The notes below the pieces were generated by a model. That model was not told where the DNA came from. It ran no database searches and was given only the letters and a program-made list of their open reading frames with translations. The position numbers were made by a program, and so were the translations under genes. Shown piece after piece: positions 1 through 9,813 of a DNA stretch of 64,000 nt (positions within the stretch are counted from its first letter, which is position 1; the number at the start of each line of letters is the position of its first letter). Origin of the DNA: Alkalispirochaeta sp. (lineage in GTDB: Bacteria; Spirochaetota; Spirochaetia; DSM-27196; Alkalispirochaetaceae); contig OZ271854.1 in the NCBI GenBank assembly GCA_965601925.1, positions 928,001-992,000 on the forward strand, read 5' to 3'.

Positions 1-805
1 CCATGATGCGCGTCGCCGTTTCCATATCGGCGTCCGGCATGATCACGACCGGATTTTTGGCCCCGCCCTGGCACTGCGCACGTTTCCCCTGTTCGGTAGC
101 GCGACGATACACGTATCTCGCCACCGGCGTGCTGCCGACGAAGCTGATCGCCCGGACCAAGGGGTGATCGATCAGGGCGTCGACCGTCGCTTTTCCTCCG
201 GCAACGAGTTGGAGTACGCCCGGAGGAAAGCCGGCGATCTCGATTAACTCAAACAGCTTGGCCGAGGTCATCGGCACACGCTCACTCGGCTTCAGGATGA
301 AACAGTTGCCGGTAGCGACCGCGTACGGCAGGAACCAGAGCGGAATCATCCCGGGAAAGTTGAACGGCGTAATCGCCGCCACGACGCCCAGGGGTTGCCG
401 GTACATATGCTCGTCGATTCCGCCGGCGATATCCTCGTTGTTGTAACCTTGGATCAGCGCCGGTGTGCCGCACGCGACCTCCACATTTTCGATGCCGCGA
501 CGCAGCTCTCCCACGCTTTCTTTCTTTGTCTTACCGCATTCGTTGGTGATCGTGGTCGCAAGCTCGTCCAAGTGCTCCTCAAGCAGCGCCTTGAGACGAA
601 ACAGGTACTGAATGCGATCGGTTACCGGTGTCGCACGCCAGTCGTTAAAGGCGCGATGCGCCGCTTCCACCGCACGCTCGACCTCGGCGGCGGGAGTCAG
701 CACCATCCGTGCCAACTGGACGCCGCTGGCGGGATTGACGACTGGGTGATAATCCGAGGCGGGTCCGTCGGACCACGTATTGTCGATGTAATTCAATATC
801 TTCAC
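1..805 (-). CDS. iolA: Malonate/methylmalonate-semialdehyde dehydrogenase (CoA-acylating), 5' part; runs off the left edge
   Basis: Not in the ORF track. Manual minus-strand translation from GTG at 805 (RBS AAGGAG upstream) gives MKILNYIDNTW...RQPLGVVAAITPFNFPGMIPLWFLPYAVATGNCFILKPSERVP...RAISFVGSTPVARYVY...KRAQCQGGAKN, which are MmsA/IolA motifs; iol context. Confidence 0.9.
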   Translation of the reverse strand, partial: MKILNYIDNTWSDGPASDYHPVVNPASGVQLARMVLTPAAEVERAVEAAHRAFNDWRATPVTDRIQYLFRLKALLEEHLDELATTITNECGKTKKESVGELRRGIENVEVACGTPALIQGYNNEDIAGGIDEHMYRQPLGVVAAITPFNFPGMIPLWFLPYAVATGNCFILKPSERVPMTSAKLFELIEIAGFPPGVLQLVAGGKATVDALIDHPLVRAISFVGSTPVARYVYRRATEQGKRAQCQGGAKNPVVIMPDADMETATRIM

Positions 806-856
806 GCATACGCTCCTTTTCGCGTGGTTGCCGGCGGCGGCTCCGATCGGTCGCGG

Positions 857-1945
857 TCAGGCGTCGGGATTCGGCAGCATGAACTCGCGAACGAGGGCGC
901 AGAGTTCCGCGTAGCTGGCGATGAACCCACGCAGGGTGCGCACCGTCGCGCCGTAGGTGTCGAACTGTGCCGGCTCCATACCGTCGACGTCGTAGGCTTT
1001 GGCAAAGTCGTCAAACTTGTCGCGTAGCTTGGCTACAAGGTCGGAGTCGACCGGATCGTCGATTCGATTACGCACGGCGATATCCGAGCCGTTGAAGCGG
1101 ACCGCCCACTTGTACGGCATGCTGCAAATGACGTCACCGCCGATAAACTCCGACCAGTGATAGTGGTTGCGGTAGGCCGCCGCCAACAGGCGCGATCGGT
1201 AGCCGCGCTCCTGAAAGTGACGATAGGCGTGCTTCATGACCGCAACGCCGGCCCACTCGAGGTAGTCGGGATTGACGATGATATCGTGTTTGGCGGCCAG
1301 GACCTTGATCCAATCGTCGACGCGTCCCACCATGATCGTCACCACCGGCGCCATCTGCGCCGTCGATTCGCCCGCCGTCTCGCGTCGCGCGAGGCCGCGT
1401 TCGACCGCCTCGGCGACGGCGATCGCTTGCGGCACGGTGAACGAAACGGTTGCGTTGATGCTGACACCCCGATAGGTAACCTCTTCCATCGCCTCGATTC
1501 CGGCACTGGTGGCCGGGATCTTGACGTTGATGTTCGGCGCCAGTGCGGCAAACGACATCGTCTGCTCCACCAACTTGTCCTTGCTGCGGAAGTACTCGGG
1601 GTTCGTCTGGATCGAGATACGGCCTTTCAAACCGTGATGCCGGTCGAAAACCGGCCGCAGGATCGCGGCGCCGGCCTGCGCCATCTCCTCTATCACTCGC
1701 CACGCAACCTGACCTTCCGTCCACGTCGGATTGTCGCCGACGATCGTCGCGATCCGATCGCGCCACTGCTTCAACTGTTGTCGTAAAACGGTGAGGACGA
1801 TCGTGGGGTTGGTCGTCGCCCCGACCGCGCCGTGCTCGACGCCGTAGCGGAGCTCGTCGGTATTGCAGGAGTCGTTCCAGTAGTCGGTAAGTGTGGTCTG
1901 AGACATATGGTGTAACGGGCTCTTGTATGCGGTCTGCGTCGTCAT
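857..1945 (-). CDS. Transaldolase-family (TAL/FSA fold) protein, 362 aa
   Basis: Motifs WNDS, GATTNPTI, VKIPAT (Schiff-base Lys), NATVSFTVPQA, MVGRVDD; RBS AAGGAG upstream. Confidence 0.85.
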   Translation of the reverse strand: MTTQTAYKSPLHHMSQTTLTDYWNDSCNTDELRYGVEHGAVGATTNPTIVLTVLRQQLKQWRDRIATIVGDNPTWTEGQVAWRVIEEMAQAGAAILRPVFDRHHGLKGRISIQTNPEYFRSKDKLVEQTMSFAALAPNINVKIPATSAGIEAMEEVTYRGVSINATVSFTVPQAIAVAEAVERGLARRETAGESTAQMAPVVTIMVGRVDDWIKVLAAKHDIIVNPDYLEWAGVAVMKHAYRHFQERGYRSRLLAAAYRNHYHWSEFIGGDVICSMPYKWAVRFNGSDIAVRNRIDDPVDSDLVAKLRDKFDDFAKAYDVDGMEPAQFDTYGATVRTLRGFIASYAELCALVREFMLPNPDA

Positions 1946-1988
1946 GTAGGTCTCCTTTCCGACGTACGATGGTACGGTTACGGAGTGT

Positions 1989-2015
1989 TTATCATATTAT
2001 CATAATATCAGACAA
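1989..2015. promoter_or_regulatory. Putative FadR/GntR operator in the transaldolase-iolA promoter
   Basis: AT-rich TATCATATTATCATAATATCAGACAA with three TATCA units, lying between gntR and the transaldolase gene. Confidence 0.4.
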
Positions 2016-2032
2016 TATACGGTGCAAGAGAT

Positions 2033-2767
2033 TTATCCCCTCGGACTCAAGTTAAGCAGCTTGCGGGTGCGGACAAAGTGCTCGGCGTGGCGCGCGACTG
2101 CTGCGTCTACCTGCGCTTCCTCTAAGATCTGCAAAATCTCGCCGTGGTCGACCGCTGCGTCGTGTAAGCGCGTCATACTCTTGTACGACTGCGCGATCTC
2201 CTCGGTCATAAAGGCCTGCAGCGTGTGGTAGATCGCCACGAACAATCGATTACCCCCGGCGGATATGATCTGTTCGTGGAATCGGTAGTCCGCCTCGGCG
2301 ATCGCACGCTGGTCGTCGCGCTCGGCCGCCTGAGCCATCGCCTCTACCTCGCGATGCAAGCCGGCCAACACGCTTTGCGACTCCCCATCGCCCCGCCTGA
2401 CTCCCGCGGCGAGGCGGCGGAAGCAGATCGACTCGATCGCCTCGCGGAGCTCAAACACATCGACCAAGTCGTCGTCGCCCAGAAGCAACGCCCACGTGAT
2501 CGCCTCGAGGGAGATGTGCGCTCGGTCTTTCACAAACGTCCCTTTGGCGGCCTTTGATTCCAGCACCCCGAGGTGCTGAAACACCTTCATCGCCTCGCGA
2601 ATCGACGACCGGCCGACGCCGAAGCGCGTGGCGAGCTCTTGCTCCGTCGGTAGCTTGTCCCCGGGCCGGTAGTGGTCCGAGGCGATCAGTTGCTTAAGCT
2701 GCGACATCACCTGCGCGACGACCGTCTGCTGGGTAATGAGCTGGTACTGCGGTGCTACACGATTCAT
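2033..2767 (-). CDS. FadR/GntR-family transcriptional regulator
   Basis: PGDKLPTEQELATRFGVGRSSIREA wHTH; FCD domain ADYRFHEQI...GN. Confidence 0.92.
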   Translation of the reverse strand: MNRVAPQYQLITQQTVVAQVMSQLKQLIASDHYRPGDKLPTEQELATRFGVGRSSIREAMKVFQHLGVLESKAAKGTFVKDRAHISLEAITWALLLGDDDLVDVFELREAIESICFRRLAAGVRRGDGESQSVLAGLHREVEAMAQAAERDDQRAIAEADYRFHEQIISAGGNRLFVAIYHTLQAFMTEEIAQSYKSMTRLHDAAVDHGEILQILEEAQVDAAVARHAEHFVRTRKLLNLSPRG

Positions 2768-2906
2768 TTGCTTGGCGCCCCACCGATCACGATATGTACA
2801 AGATAGGGCGAAAATCCGTGACAGGGAATCCTTCTTTCGCCCCCCGCCGCGACCGATGACTCGGGGACGCCGCCTCCGCGTCGTGTGCGGCTCGTACGGC
2901 TCCGAC

Positions 2907-4772
2907 CTAAAACCGGCGCACGTCCGGTAGGTGCGCTTCCAGCTCCTTACGCGCCGAGCGAACCCCTGCGCTGGAGGAGACTTCCGGCACGCCGACGCGC
3001 CACCAACTCTCGTATCCCCGGGTCATCGATTTTTGCGTCACCTTCACGTCGATCACGACCGGAGCCGCAGCTCGGAGACCGGCGGTCACCGCATCGGCCA
3101 ACTCGGCAAGGGTGCGGACGGAGTAACTCTCGGCACCGTAGCCACGGGCAATCGCCGCATAATCGATCGGGAGATACCCGCCGCCGAGATCGCCGGTGGT
3201 CCGATCGCGTCGACGCCACTCGTTGCCGTAGCTCCTGATACCCTGATTGGTCTGTAGGTTATCGATGACCTGAAAGCCGTTGTTATCAAAGACGATTATG
3301 ACGATCGGCAGCGCCTCCTGAATCGCGGTGACCAACTCGCTGTGGAGCATGACAAAACCGCCGTCGCCGACCATCGCTATCGCCGGTCGCCCCGGTTCGG
3401 CGAGCTTTGCGCCGACCGTGGCGTTGATCTCGTAGCCCATGCAGCTAAAACCGTACTCCACGTGATAGCTACCGCCGCTCCGGGCGCGCCACACCCGCTG
3501 CATGTCGCCCGGCAGGCTGCCGGAGGCGCCGACAACCACCGCATCGGGGGGCAGAAGCCGTTCGTTCAGCTCACCGAGCACCCGCGTTTGGCTGAGTCCG
3601 TGCGGATCCTCGGTACGGTAGAGCCGATCGACCTCGGCGTTCCAAGCGTCAATCGCCGCGGCGGGCTCGTTACGGTAGCCTGCGGTCCACCGGCGATCGC
3701 GCAACAACGGGGTGAGCTGCTCGAGCGCCGTTCGCGCGTCGGCGATAAAGGGCTCGGCATCCATTTTGTAGGCGTCAAAATCGTTGATGTTGATCGTCGC
3801 GACGCGTAGATCGGGATTCCGAAACGCGTACTTACTGGCGGTGGTGAAATCGCCGAGCCGCGTACCGACCGCCAAAAGCAGGTCGCAGTCGCGGGCGATC
3901 ACGTTCGCCGCCTCGGTACCGGTGACGCCGATACCGCCCAGGTTCAGCGGATGGTCCCACGCGATCGTGCCTTTGCCGGCCTGCGTCTCGCCGAACGGCA
4001 CGCCGAACTCCCGGGCAAACCGATCGAACTGAGCGCCGGCGTCGCTGTACCGCACTCCCCCGCCCAGAATCAGCAACGGCCGCTTGCCCGCGGCGATGAG
4101 GTCCGCCAGCCGAGTCAGAGCGGCGGTACTCAGGGAGCGCCGTTCCAGGTGGTGTACACGCTTCTCGAGAAAGGAGACGGGGTAATCGTAGCTTTCCGCC
4201 TGAACGTCCTGCGGCAACGCCAGCGTAACCGCGCCGGTGGCCGCCGGATCGGTCAGCACTCGCATCGCGTTGATCGCCGCGCTCATCAGCTGCTCCGGAC
4301 GCCCGATACGATCCCAGTACGCGCTGACCGGCTTGAACGCATCGTTGGCACTGAGCGTCAGATCGCGCGCCGACTCCACCTGCTGCAGCACCGGATCGGG
4401 CTGGCGACAGGCGAAGGTGTCCCCGGGCAAGAGCAACAGGGGAATCCGGTTGACCGTCGCGGTGGCCGCTGCCGTCACCAGGTTCATCGCACCGGGACCG
4501 ATCGAACTGGTTGCCGCGTAAATGCGACGACGATTGTTTTGCTTTGCAAATCCGATCGCCGCGTGCGCCATACCCTGCTCGCTGTGCCCTTGGCGAAAGA
4601 TCAGTCCGTGTTGCCCCTCGACGATCGCCTCGCCCAGCCCCACAACGTTACCGTGGCCGAAGATACCGAAGATGCCCTCGACGAACTTGTACTCGGTGCC
4701 GTCGACCTCCAGATACTGGTTATCCAAAAACCGTACCAACGCCTGAGCCATCGTCAGCTTGATCGTTTTCAT
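2907..4772 (-). CDS. iolD: 3D-(3,5/4)-trihydroxycyclohexane-1,2-dione hydrolase (ThDP-dependent)
   Basis: True start MKTIKLTMAQALVRFL at 4772 (TGATG overlap with iolB); GIFGHGNV, RQPDPVLQQ, EYGFSCMGYE, VGDGG, YESWWRVGVPEVS. Confidence 0.95.
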   Translation of the reverse strand: MKTIKLTMAQALVRFLDNQYLEVDGTEYKFVEGIFGIFGHGNVVGLGEAIVEGQHGLIFRQGHSEQGMAHAAIGFAKQNNRRRIYAATSSIGPGAMNLVTAAATATVNRIPLLLLPGDTFACRQPDPVLQQVESARDLTLSANDAFKPVSAYWDRIGRPEQLMSAAINAMRVLTDPAATGAVTLALPQDVQAESYDYPVSFLEKRVHHLERRSLSTAALTRLADLIAAGKRPLLILGGGVRYSDAGAQFDRFAREFGVPFGETQAGKGTIAWDHPLNLGGIGVTGTEAANVIARDCDLLLAVGTRLGDFTTASKYAFRNPDLRVATININDFDAYKMDAEPFIADARTALEQLTPLLRDRRWTAGYRNEPAAAIDAWNAEVDRLYRTEDPHGLSQTRVLGELNERLLPPDAVVVGASGSLPGDMQRVWRARSGGSYHVEYGFSCMGYEINATVGAKLAEPGRPAIAMVGDGGFVMLHSELVTAIQEALPIVIIVFDNNGFQVIDNLQTNQGIRSYGNEWRRRDRTTGDLGGGYLPIDYAAIARGYGAESYSVRTLAELADAVTAGLRAAAPVVIDVKVTQKSMTRGYESWWRVGVPEVSSSAGVRSARKELEAHLPDVRRF

Positions 4773-5632
4773 CACCTCTCCTTCCGTTCGGTTGTCCGGT
4801 GGGCAAGCACCGTTTCCAACGCCGCATCGGGCCATATCGGTGCGTCGGAGTCCATCAACCAGGTGTGCTCGCGTCGAAAGACGCGCGAATCGGGGCCGAA
4901 CCGATCGCCGGGTAGATGGGGAATCGCCCATACGTAATACAAGGCGTAACCCGGTGCCGCGCACTGAGCGTGCGTCACGCCCGGAGGGATCGCGTACGTG
5001 TCGCCGTCGGTGATCTTGTACACTTCGTCCTCGCACTCGGCGTGGCCGTGCCCGTGGGGCGGGAAGACCCGGTAGTGATAAATCTCCGGGTGGGCGTGGT
5101 CGTGAGGGGGATAGCTGGACCACTTGCCGGGAAAGTTGACCACCTCCCCCAGTACCATCTGGCTGTACGGTGCGGTGGCGGCGTCGAAGATCGTACGTAC
5201 AATGCGCGTGCCGGTCTCTTGTAAGGTGCCCTCGCCGAACCGTTCGCTACGGTAGTCTCCGGGTCGCCACAGACGCGCCGGAAACGACTCGGCGTTGGGA
5301 CGTGCCTGCACTACGAGCTCAGCCTCACCGTCCAACGCCTCGACGCGAACCTGAGCGCCGGGACCGGCGTGTAACGCAACCGGATCGTGGTCCAGCACGT
5401 TGGTACGCTCCCACTCGACGTCCGCTTCGGTGTCGCCTTCGACCCAGGTAAAGCGCACCGCACCGGTCAACAGCAGTACGGCGCGCTCGCGATCCGCATC
5501 CGACTCCCACATCTCGCCGGCGGCCAGCTTCAAGATGCCGAAGTCCATCAGCATCTCCTCGTGGGGTCCGCCGATCGCCGTGATCGGTTGATATCCCGGG
5601 GCAAACGGTCCGTCGTGTTTGATAATCGCCAT
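4772..5632 (-). CDS. iolB: 5-deoxy-glucuronate isomerase
   Basis: GEVVNFPGKWSSYPPHDH..PEIYHYR and APGYALYYVW KduI/IolB motifs; adjacent to iolD. Confidence 0.9.
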   Translation of the reverse strand: MAIIKHDGPFAPGYQPITAIGGPHEEMLMDFGILKLAAGEMWESDADRERAVLLLTGAVRFTWVEGDTEADVEWERTNVLDHDPVALHAGPGAQVRVEALDGEAELVVQARPNAESFPARLWRPGDYRSERFGEGTLQETGTRIVRTIFDAATAPYSQMVLGEVVNFPGKWSSYPPHDHAHPEIYHYRVFPPHGHGHAECEDEVYKITDGDTYAIPPGVTHAQCAAPGYALYYVWAIPHLPGDRFGPDSRVFRREHTWLMDSDAPIWPDAALETVLAHRTTERKER

Positions 5633-5655
5633 ATCGGCACCTCCTAACGTCTGAA

Positions 5656-6675
5656 TCAGTACCGAACGCCGATCGCCCTCCGACTACGGAGGCTCTCAGT
5701 CGCCGCATACGCCACGGCGGTCGCCCGGGTGCCGTCCTGCACAGTCACCTCCGGCGACCGTCGGTCTCGAATACACGCGGCAAACTCGAGAAACTCGTTG
5801 CGGAACGCCTCGGCAAAGCGCTCCGGAAAGGACTGAACGACAGGCTCTCCGACACCGTCGCCGGTGTATACCACCGCGCGCGTGCTACGCGGCACCCCGT
5901 CGATCCGAATCGCACCCTCGGTACCGACGACCTCGGTCTCGATGTGATACCCGTGGGCCGCGGTGCGACCGGCATAAAACAGCCCCATCGCGTTACCGTC
6001 GAACTGCATCAGCGCCGTGGCGTTGTCCACATCGCCGACCTCGCCGAATTGCGGGTATTTGAAGGTACCGCCGATCGCGTGCACCATCCGCACCTCGGCC
6101 TGCAGCAACCAGCGCGCCAGATCGATATCGTGGATCATCATGTCGAGGAAGATCCCCCCGCTGGTGGCGGCGAACTGGATCGCACCGGCGGCAAAGCGAT
6201 CGGGGTCGAGCCCGTAGGCGCGCACCAAAAACGGCTCGCCGATGACTCCCGCGCGAATACGCTCGACCGCATAGCGGTAGGAACGGTCGTACCGCCGCAT
6301 GAATCCCAACATGAACCGCTGATCCGGATGGTCGGCCACGACCGCCTCGGCCCGGCGGCACTGTTCGATCGTCGTTCCCAACGGCTTCTCACAGAACACG
6401 TGCAGCCCGGCCTCGATCGCCATAACGATTTGATCGGTGTGAACGGCGCTGGACGAGGCGATCACCACGCCGTCAAGGTCGGCCTCCTCGATCATGCGTT
6501 CGTACTCTCCGTAGCCGGCGGCCACATCCAGCTCCGCTTGGGCGCGCGCGACCTCGGTGGCAATGGTGCTGCACACCGCGGATAGACGAACTCCCGGCAC
6601 GCCGAACCGCAGAATGCGCGCGTGCTCCAAGCCCAAGCGGCCCAGACCGACGATACCCAAACGGATCGGTGTCAC
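5656..6675 (-). CDS. Inositol dehydrogenase, Gfo/Idh/MocA family (second paralogue, possibly for another inositol isomer)
   Basis: GLGRLG, HVFCEKP, GFMRRYD, SGGIFLDMMIHDID. Confidence 0.85.
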   Translation of the reverse strand: MTPIRLGIVGLGRLGLEHARILRFGVPGVRLSAVCSTIATEVARAQAELDVAAGYGEYERMIEEADLDGVVIASSSAVHTDQIVMAIEAGLHVFCEKPLGTTIEQCRRAEAVVADHPDQRFMLGFMRRYDRSYRYAVERIRAGVIGEPFLVRAYGLDPDRFAAGAIQFAATSGGIFLDMMIHDIDLARWLLQAEVRMVHAIGGTFKYPQFGEVGDVDNATALMQFDGNAMGLFYAGRTAAHGYHIETEVVGTEGAIRIDGVPRSTRAVVYTGDGVGEPVVQSFPERFAEAFRNEFLEFAACIRDRRSPEVTVQDGTRATAVAYAATESLRSRRAIGVRY

Positions 6676-7688
6676 GGCATCACCTCGCGCACCTCGACGC
6701 GGCGAGCCTCCGCAAACGACTTTTGCGCCGCCAGCGCGATATAGATCGGTGCCAGTCCGTCCCGACCGGTGACGGGAACCGGCCCGTCGCCGTTGATCGC
6801 GGCCACAAACGCCCGCGACTCCGCGACGAACGCCTCGCCGTAGCGCTCCAAGAAGAAGTGGAGCGGGTTACGGCCGTGGCTGCCGTCTCGGTCGAAGATC
6901 TGCACGCGGTTCGACAGATCGTTCTCGACCCTGACCATTCCCGCGCTCCCGAACACCTCACTGCGTTGATCGTACCCGTAGACGGCGCGGCGACTGTTAT
7001 CGATGACCGCGATCGCGCCCGATTCGAGCCAGAGTGTGACGACCGCGGTATCGATGTCGCCGGCCGCTCCGATCGCGGGATCAACCAACACCGTCCCGGC
7101 GGCGTGCACCGCCGTCACCTCACTGGCGGAAAGAAAGCGTACCATGTCGAAATCGTGAATCATCATGTCGAGAAAGAGCCCGCCCGACGCCGCGACGTAT
7201 TCGGGGGGCGGCGGCTCCGGGTCGCGGCTAGTGATCTTAATCAGCTCGACCTTCCCGACTCGTCCCTCGCGTACCGCCCGGGCGGCCCCGGCGTGGTTGC
7301 GGTCGAATCTCCGGTTGAATCCGACCTGTAACAAGACGCCGGCCTCGCGAACCGCATCCAACGCCTCTTGAACCCGCAGCGGATCGAGATCGATCGGTTT
7401 TTCGCAAAACAGATGTTTGCCGGCTCGCGCGCCGTCGATAACGATCCGGGCGTGCGTATCGGTGCTGGAACAGACGTAAATCGCCTCGACAGCCGGATCG
7501 GACAACAGGTCGCGGTGCGACCGATAAGAGACCGGTATCCCCAACTCATCGAGCCACGGCGCTTCGGCGGCGACGGGGTCGGAGACCGCGCTCACCGTCG
7601 CCCCGGGGACGCGCTGCGTCAGCACCTCGGCGTGTAGTCGGCCGATCCGACCGATTCCGACGATGCCGATTCCAATACTACGTTCCAT
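6672..7688 (-). CDS. iolG: myo-inositol 2-dehydrogenase
   Basis: GIGRIGRLHA, CEKPID, GFNRRFD, ITSRDPEPPP, DMMIHDFD, NSRRAVYGYDQR, FFLERY. Confidence 0.92.
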   Translation of the reverse strand: MERSIGIGIVGIGRIGRLHAEVLTQRVPGATVSAVSDPVAAEAPWLDELGIPVSYRSHRDLLSDPAVEAIYVCSSTDTHARIVIDGARAGKHLFCEKPIDLDPLRVQEALDAVREAGVLLQVGFNRRFDRNHAGAARAVREGRVGKVELIKITSRDPEPPPPEYVAASGGLFLDMMIHDFDMVRFLSASEVTAVHAAGTVLVDPAIGAAGDIDTAVVTLWLESGAIAVIDNSRRAVYGYDQRSEVFGSAGMVRVENDLSNRVQIFDRDGSHGRNPLHFFLERYGEAFVAESRAFVAAINGDGPVPVTGRDGLAPIYIALAAQKSFAEARRVEVREVMP

Positions 7689-7725
7689 CTTACATTCCTT
7701 TCCCGGGCTCTCCGCGTTCCGCGGA

Positions 7726-8760
7726 CTACCCGCACCCGCAGGTACTACTCGAATCTCTCACGACCAGCTGCGGTTGCAGCGAGATATGTCGCGGTCGGTG
7801 CAAACGACCGCCGGCTCGATCCTCAATCATCTCGATAAGGCGCTCGCACGTCATAAACGCAACCGCCTCCGACGGTTGTCGCACCGTGGTAAGGGACGGG
7901 TGTAATATCGCGGCCAAGGGCGTATCATCGTACCCGACCACCGCGATATCGTCGGGCACCGAGAGCCCCGCGGCGGCGCACCCTTGGATCGCACCGATCG
8001 CCAACAGGTCGTTCAGTGCAAACACCGCGTCGGCGCGGCGAATCGTATCGAGATTGTCGCTCACCAGCCGGTACCCGGTTTCCAGCGAAAAATCGCCGTT
8101 GACGACCTCGATCTCTGTGGCCCGATCGGCGTGGGTGAGCGCCTTGCGAAGCCCGTCGGCGCGTTGACGAAACTCCAGCGCACGATCGGGATCCCCCAGC
8201 ACGACGATCCGACGATAGCCGCAACAGTAGAAATGGTCCCCGACCAACATACCGCCGCGCTCGTGGTCGACAAAGACCCAATCGACGTCGGGCCGCGCCG
8301 ACTCGGGCGGATAGTGCGAAAAGACGTACGGAGTCTCGGTCTCCTTCAAGAACGCCTCGGTCTGCGATTCGATCGCGGTGCCGATGATAATCAGACCGTC
8401 GACCTTTCCGCGCCGTACGATCCGGCCGATGTTGTCCGAATGGTCGTTGCGGTTGCGGGCAAAGCCGACGATCAAGTCCAGTCCGGCGCGCTCCAGGGCG
8501 CGACGCAGATTGTTGTGCAGACTGGAGTGGTAGAGCTGCACGTGAAAATGGTCAAACTCTTCCGGCAAGATGACGCCGATCGTACCGACGCGCCGCGTGA
8601 CCATCCCACGGGCACCGGCGTTGAACTCGAAGCCCTGCCGATCGGCGATCGACTTGATGCGTCGCTTGGTCGCCTCGGCTACCAGTGGGCTGTCGTTCAG
8701 ACTACGGGACACGGTGGACACGCTTACCCCCGCGATCTGCGCAATATCCTTGATCGTCAT
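7726..8760 (-). CDS. LacI-family transcriptional regulator
   Basis: TIKDIAQIAGVSVSTVSRSLN HTH; VPDDIAVVGYDD...LTTVRQP. Confidence 0.95.
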   Translation of the reverse strand: MTIKDIAQIAGVSVSTVSRSLNDSPLVAEATKRRIKSIADRQGFEFNAGARGMVTRRVGTIGVILPEEFDHFHVQLYHSSLHNNLRRALERAGLDLIVGFARNRNDHSDNIGRIVRRGKVDGLIIIGTAIESQTEAFLKETETPYVFSHYPPESARPDVDWVFVDHERGGMLVGDHFYCCGYRRIVVLGDPDRALEFRQRADGLRKALTHADRATEIEVVNGDFSLETGYRLVSDNLDTIRRADAVFALNDLLAIGAIQGCAAAGLSVPDDIAVVGYDDTPLAAILHPSLTTVRQPSEAVAFMTCERLIEMIEDRAGGRLHRPRHISLQPQLVVRDSSSTCGCG

Positions 8761-8785
8761 GTATGCCTCGCGTCGCCGCCATCGT

Positions 8786-9802
8786 TTAGCTCTTTTGAAT
8801 GTTCTTGCGAACGTCGATGATGACGGCAGCGACTATGATAATTGCCTGCATTACTTGTTGAAAGTCTGCCGAGACATTGAGTAGATCGAGTCCGTTTTTC
8901 ATCACCCCGACGATCAGCGCCCCTACCAGCGCTCCGGCCGCGGTACCGAGACCGCCTTGGAGGCTCGTACCGCCGATGACCGACGCGGCGATCGCATCCA
9001 GCTCGTACATCACGCCCAAACCGGGTTGGCCCGACCCGATCCGCGAGGTTAAGACGATCGAAGATACCGCCGCGAGGAATCCGGCGTAGGCAAACACCTG
9101 TATCAGATAGCGGTCGACGTTGATACCGGAGACTACGGCGGCCCGGCGGTTGCTGCCCAGAGCGTACGTATAGCGCCCCCACAGTGTGTGTTTCAGGATG
9201 ATATGCGTTACCACCACGCAGACCAACAACACCCAAACGGGATTCGGAATGCCGAGAATCGAACCTTGACCGATCATCATGAAACGCTGCGCGAGGCTGC
9301 CGCGCGGCCGGCCGTCGGAGTAGATGAACGCCCAGCCCCTGGCAAAGGTCATCATGCCGAGGGTGGCGATAAATGCCGGAATTTTCGCCTTGGCCACGAG
9401 AAGACCGTTCACCAGCCCGGCCCCGGCGCCGACCGCCAGGCCGATCAGTATCACCGGCACGATCGGCCACGGCGACCCGCCGGCAAAGAGTCGGTCCGGC
9501 GCATCGATCGTCTGGATCAAACTGCCGACGATCACCGACACCAGGGCGACGACCGAACCCGATGAGAGGTCGATCCCTCCGGTAATGATCACCATCGTCA
9601 CGCCCAATGCGATAATCGCCACCACGCTGACCTGCCGCAGCACGTTGAGCAAATTGCGTACGCGGAGAAACACGCCGCCGGTCAGAATCGAAATGAGAAT
9701 GACGAGACCGACGAGAATCAACAGTATGCTGTAGTTGCGGAAGAAGGTGTTCCAATCGATTTTGCCGCCGCGGATCTTCGCTGGTCCTTCCACTTCACTC
9801 AT
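8786..9802 (-). CDS. Monosaccharide (inositol) ABC transporter permease, RbsC-like
   Basis: GGIDLSSGS, IPAFIATLG, YELDAIAASVIGGTSLQGG. Confidence 0.93.
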   Translation of the reverse strand: MSEVEGPAKIRGGKIDWNTFFRNYSILLILVGLVILISILTGGVFLRVRNLLNVLRQVSVVAIIALGVTMVIITGGIDLSSGSVVALVSVIVGSLIQTIDAPDRLFAGGSPWPIVPVILIGLAVGAGAGLVNGLLVAKAKIPAFIATLGMMTFARGWAFIYSDGRPRGSLAQRFMMIGQGSILGIPNPVWVLLVCVVVTHIILKHTLWGRYTYALGSNRRAAVVSGINVDRYLIQVFAYAGFLAAVSSIVLTSRIGSGQPGLGVMYELDAIAASVIGGTSLQGGLGTAAGALVGALIVGVMKNGLDLLNVSADFQQVMQAIIIVAAVIIDVRKNIQKS

Positions 9803-9813
9803 CGGGGTGCTCC

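Noticed and set aside
4773..5123. N-terminal extension of the iolD ORF (738 aa)
   Set aside because: It overlaps iolB in another frame; the canonical MKTIKLTMAQ start with an RBS is at 4772.
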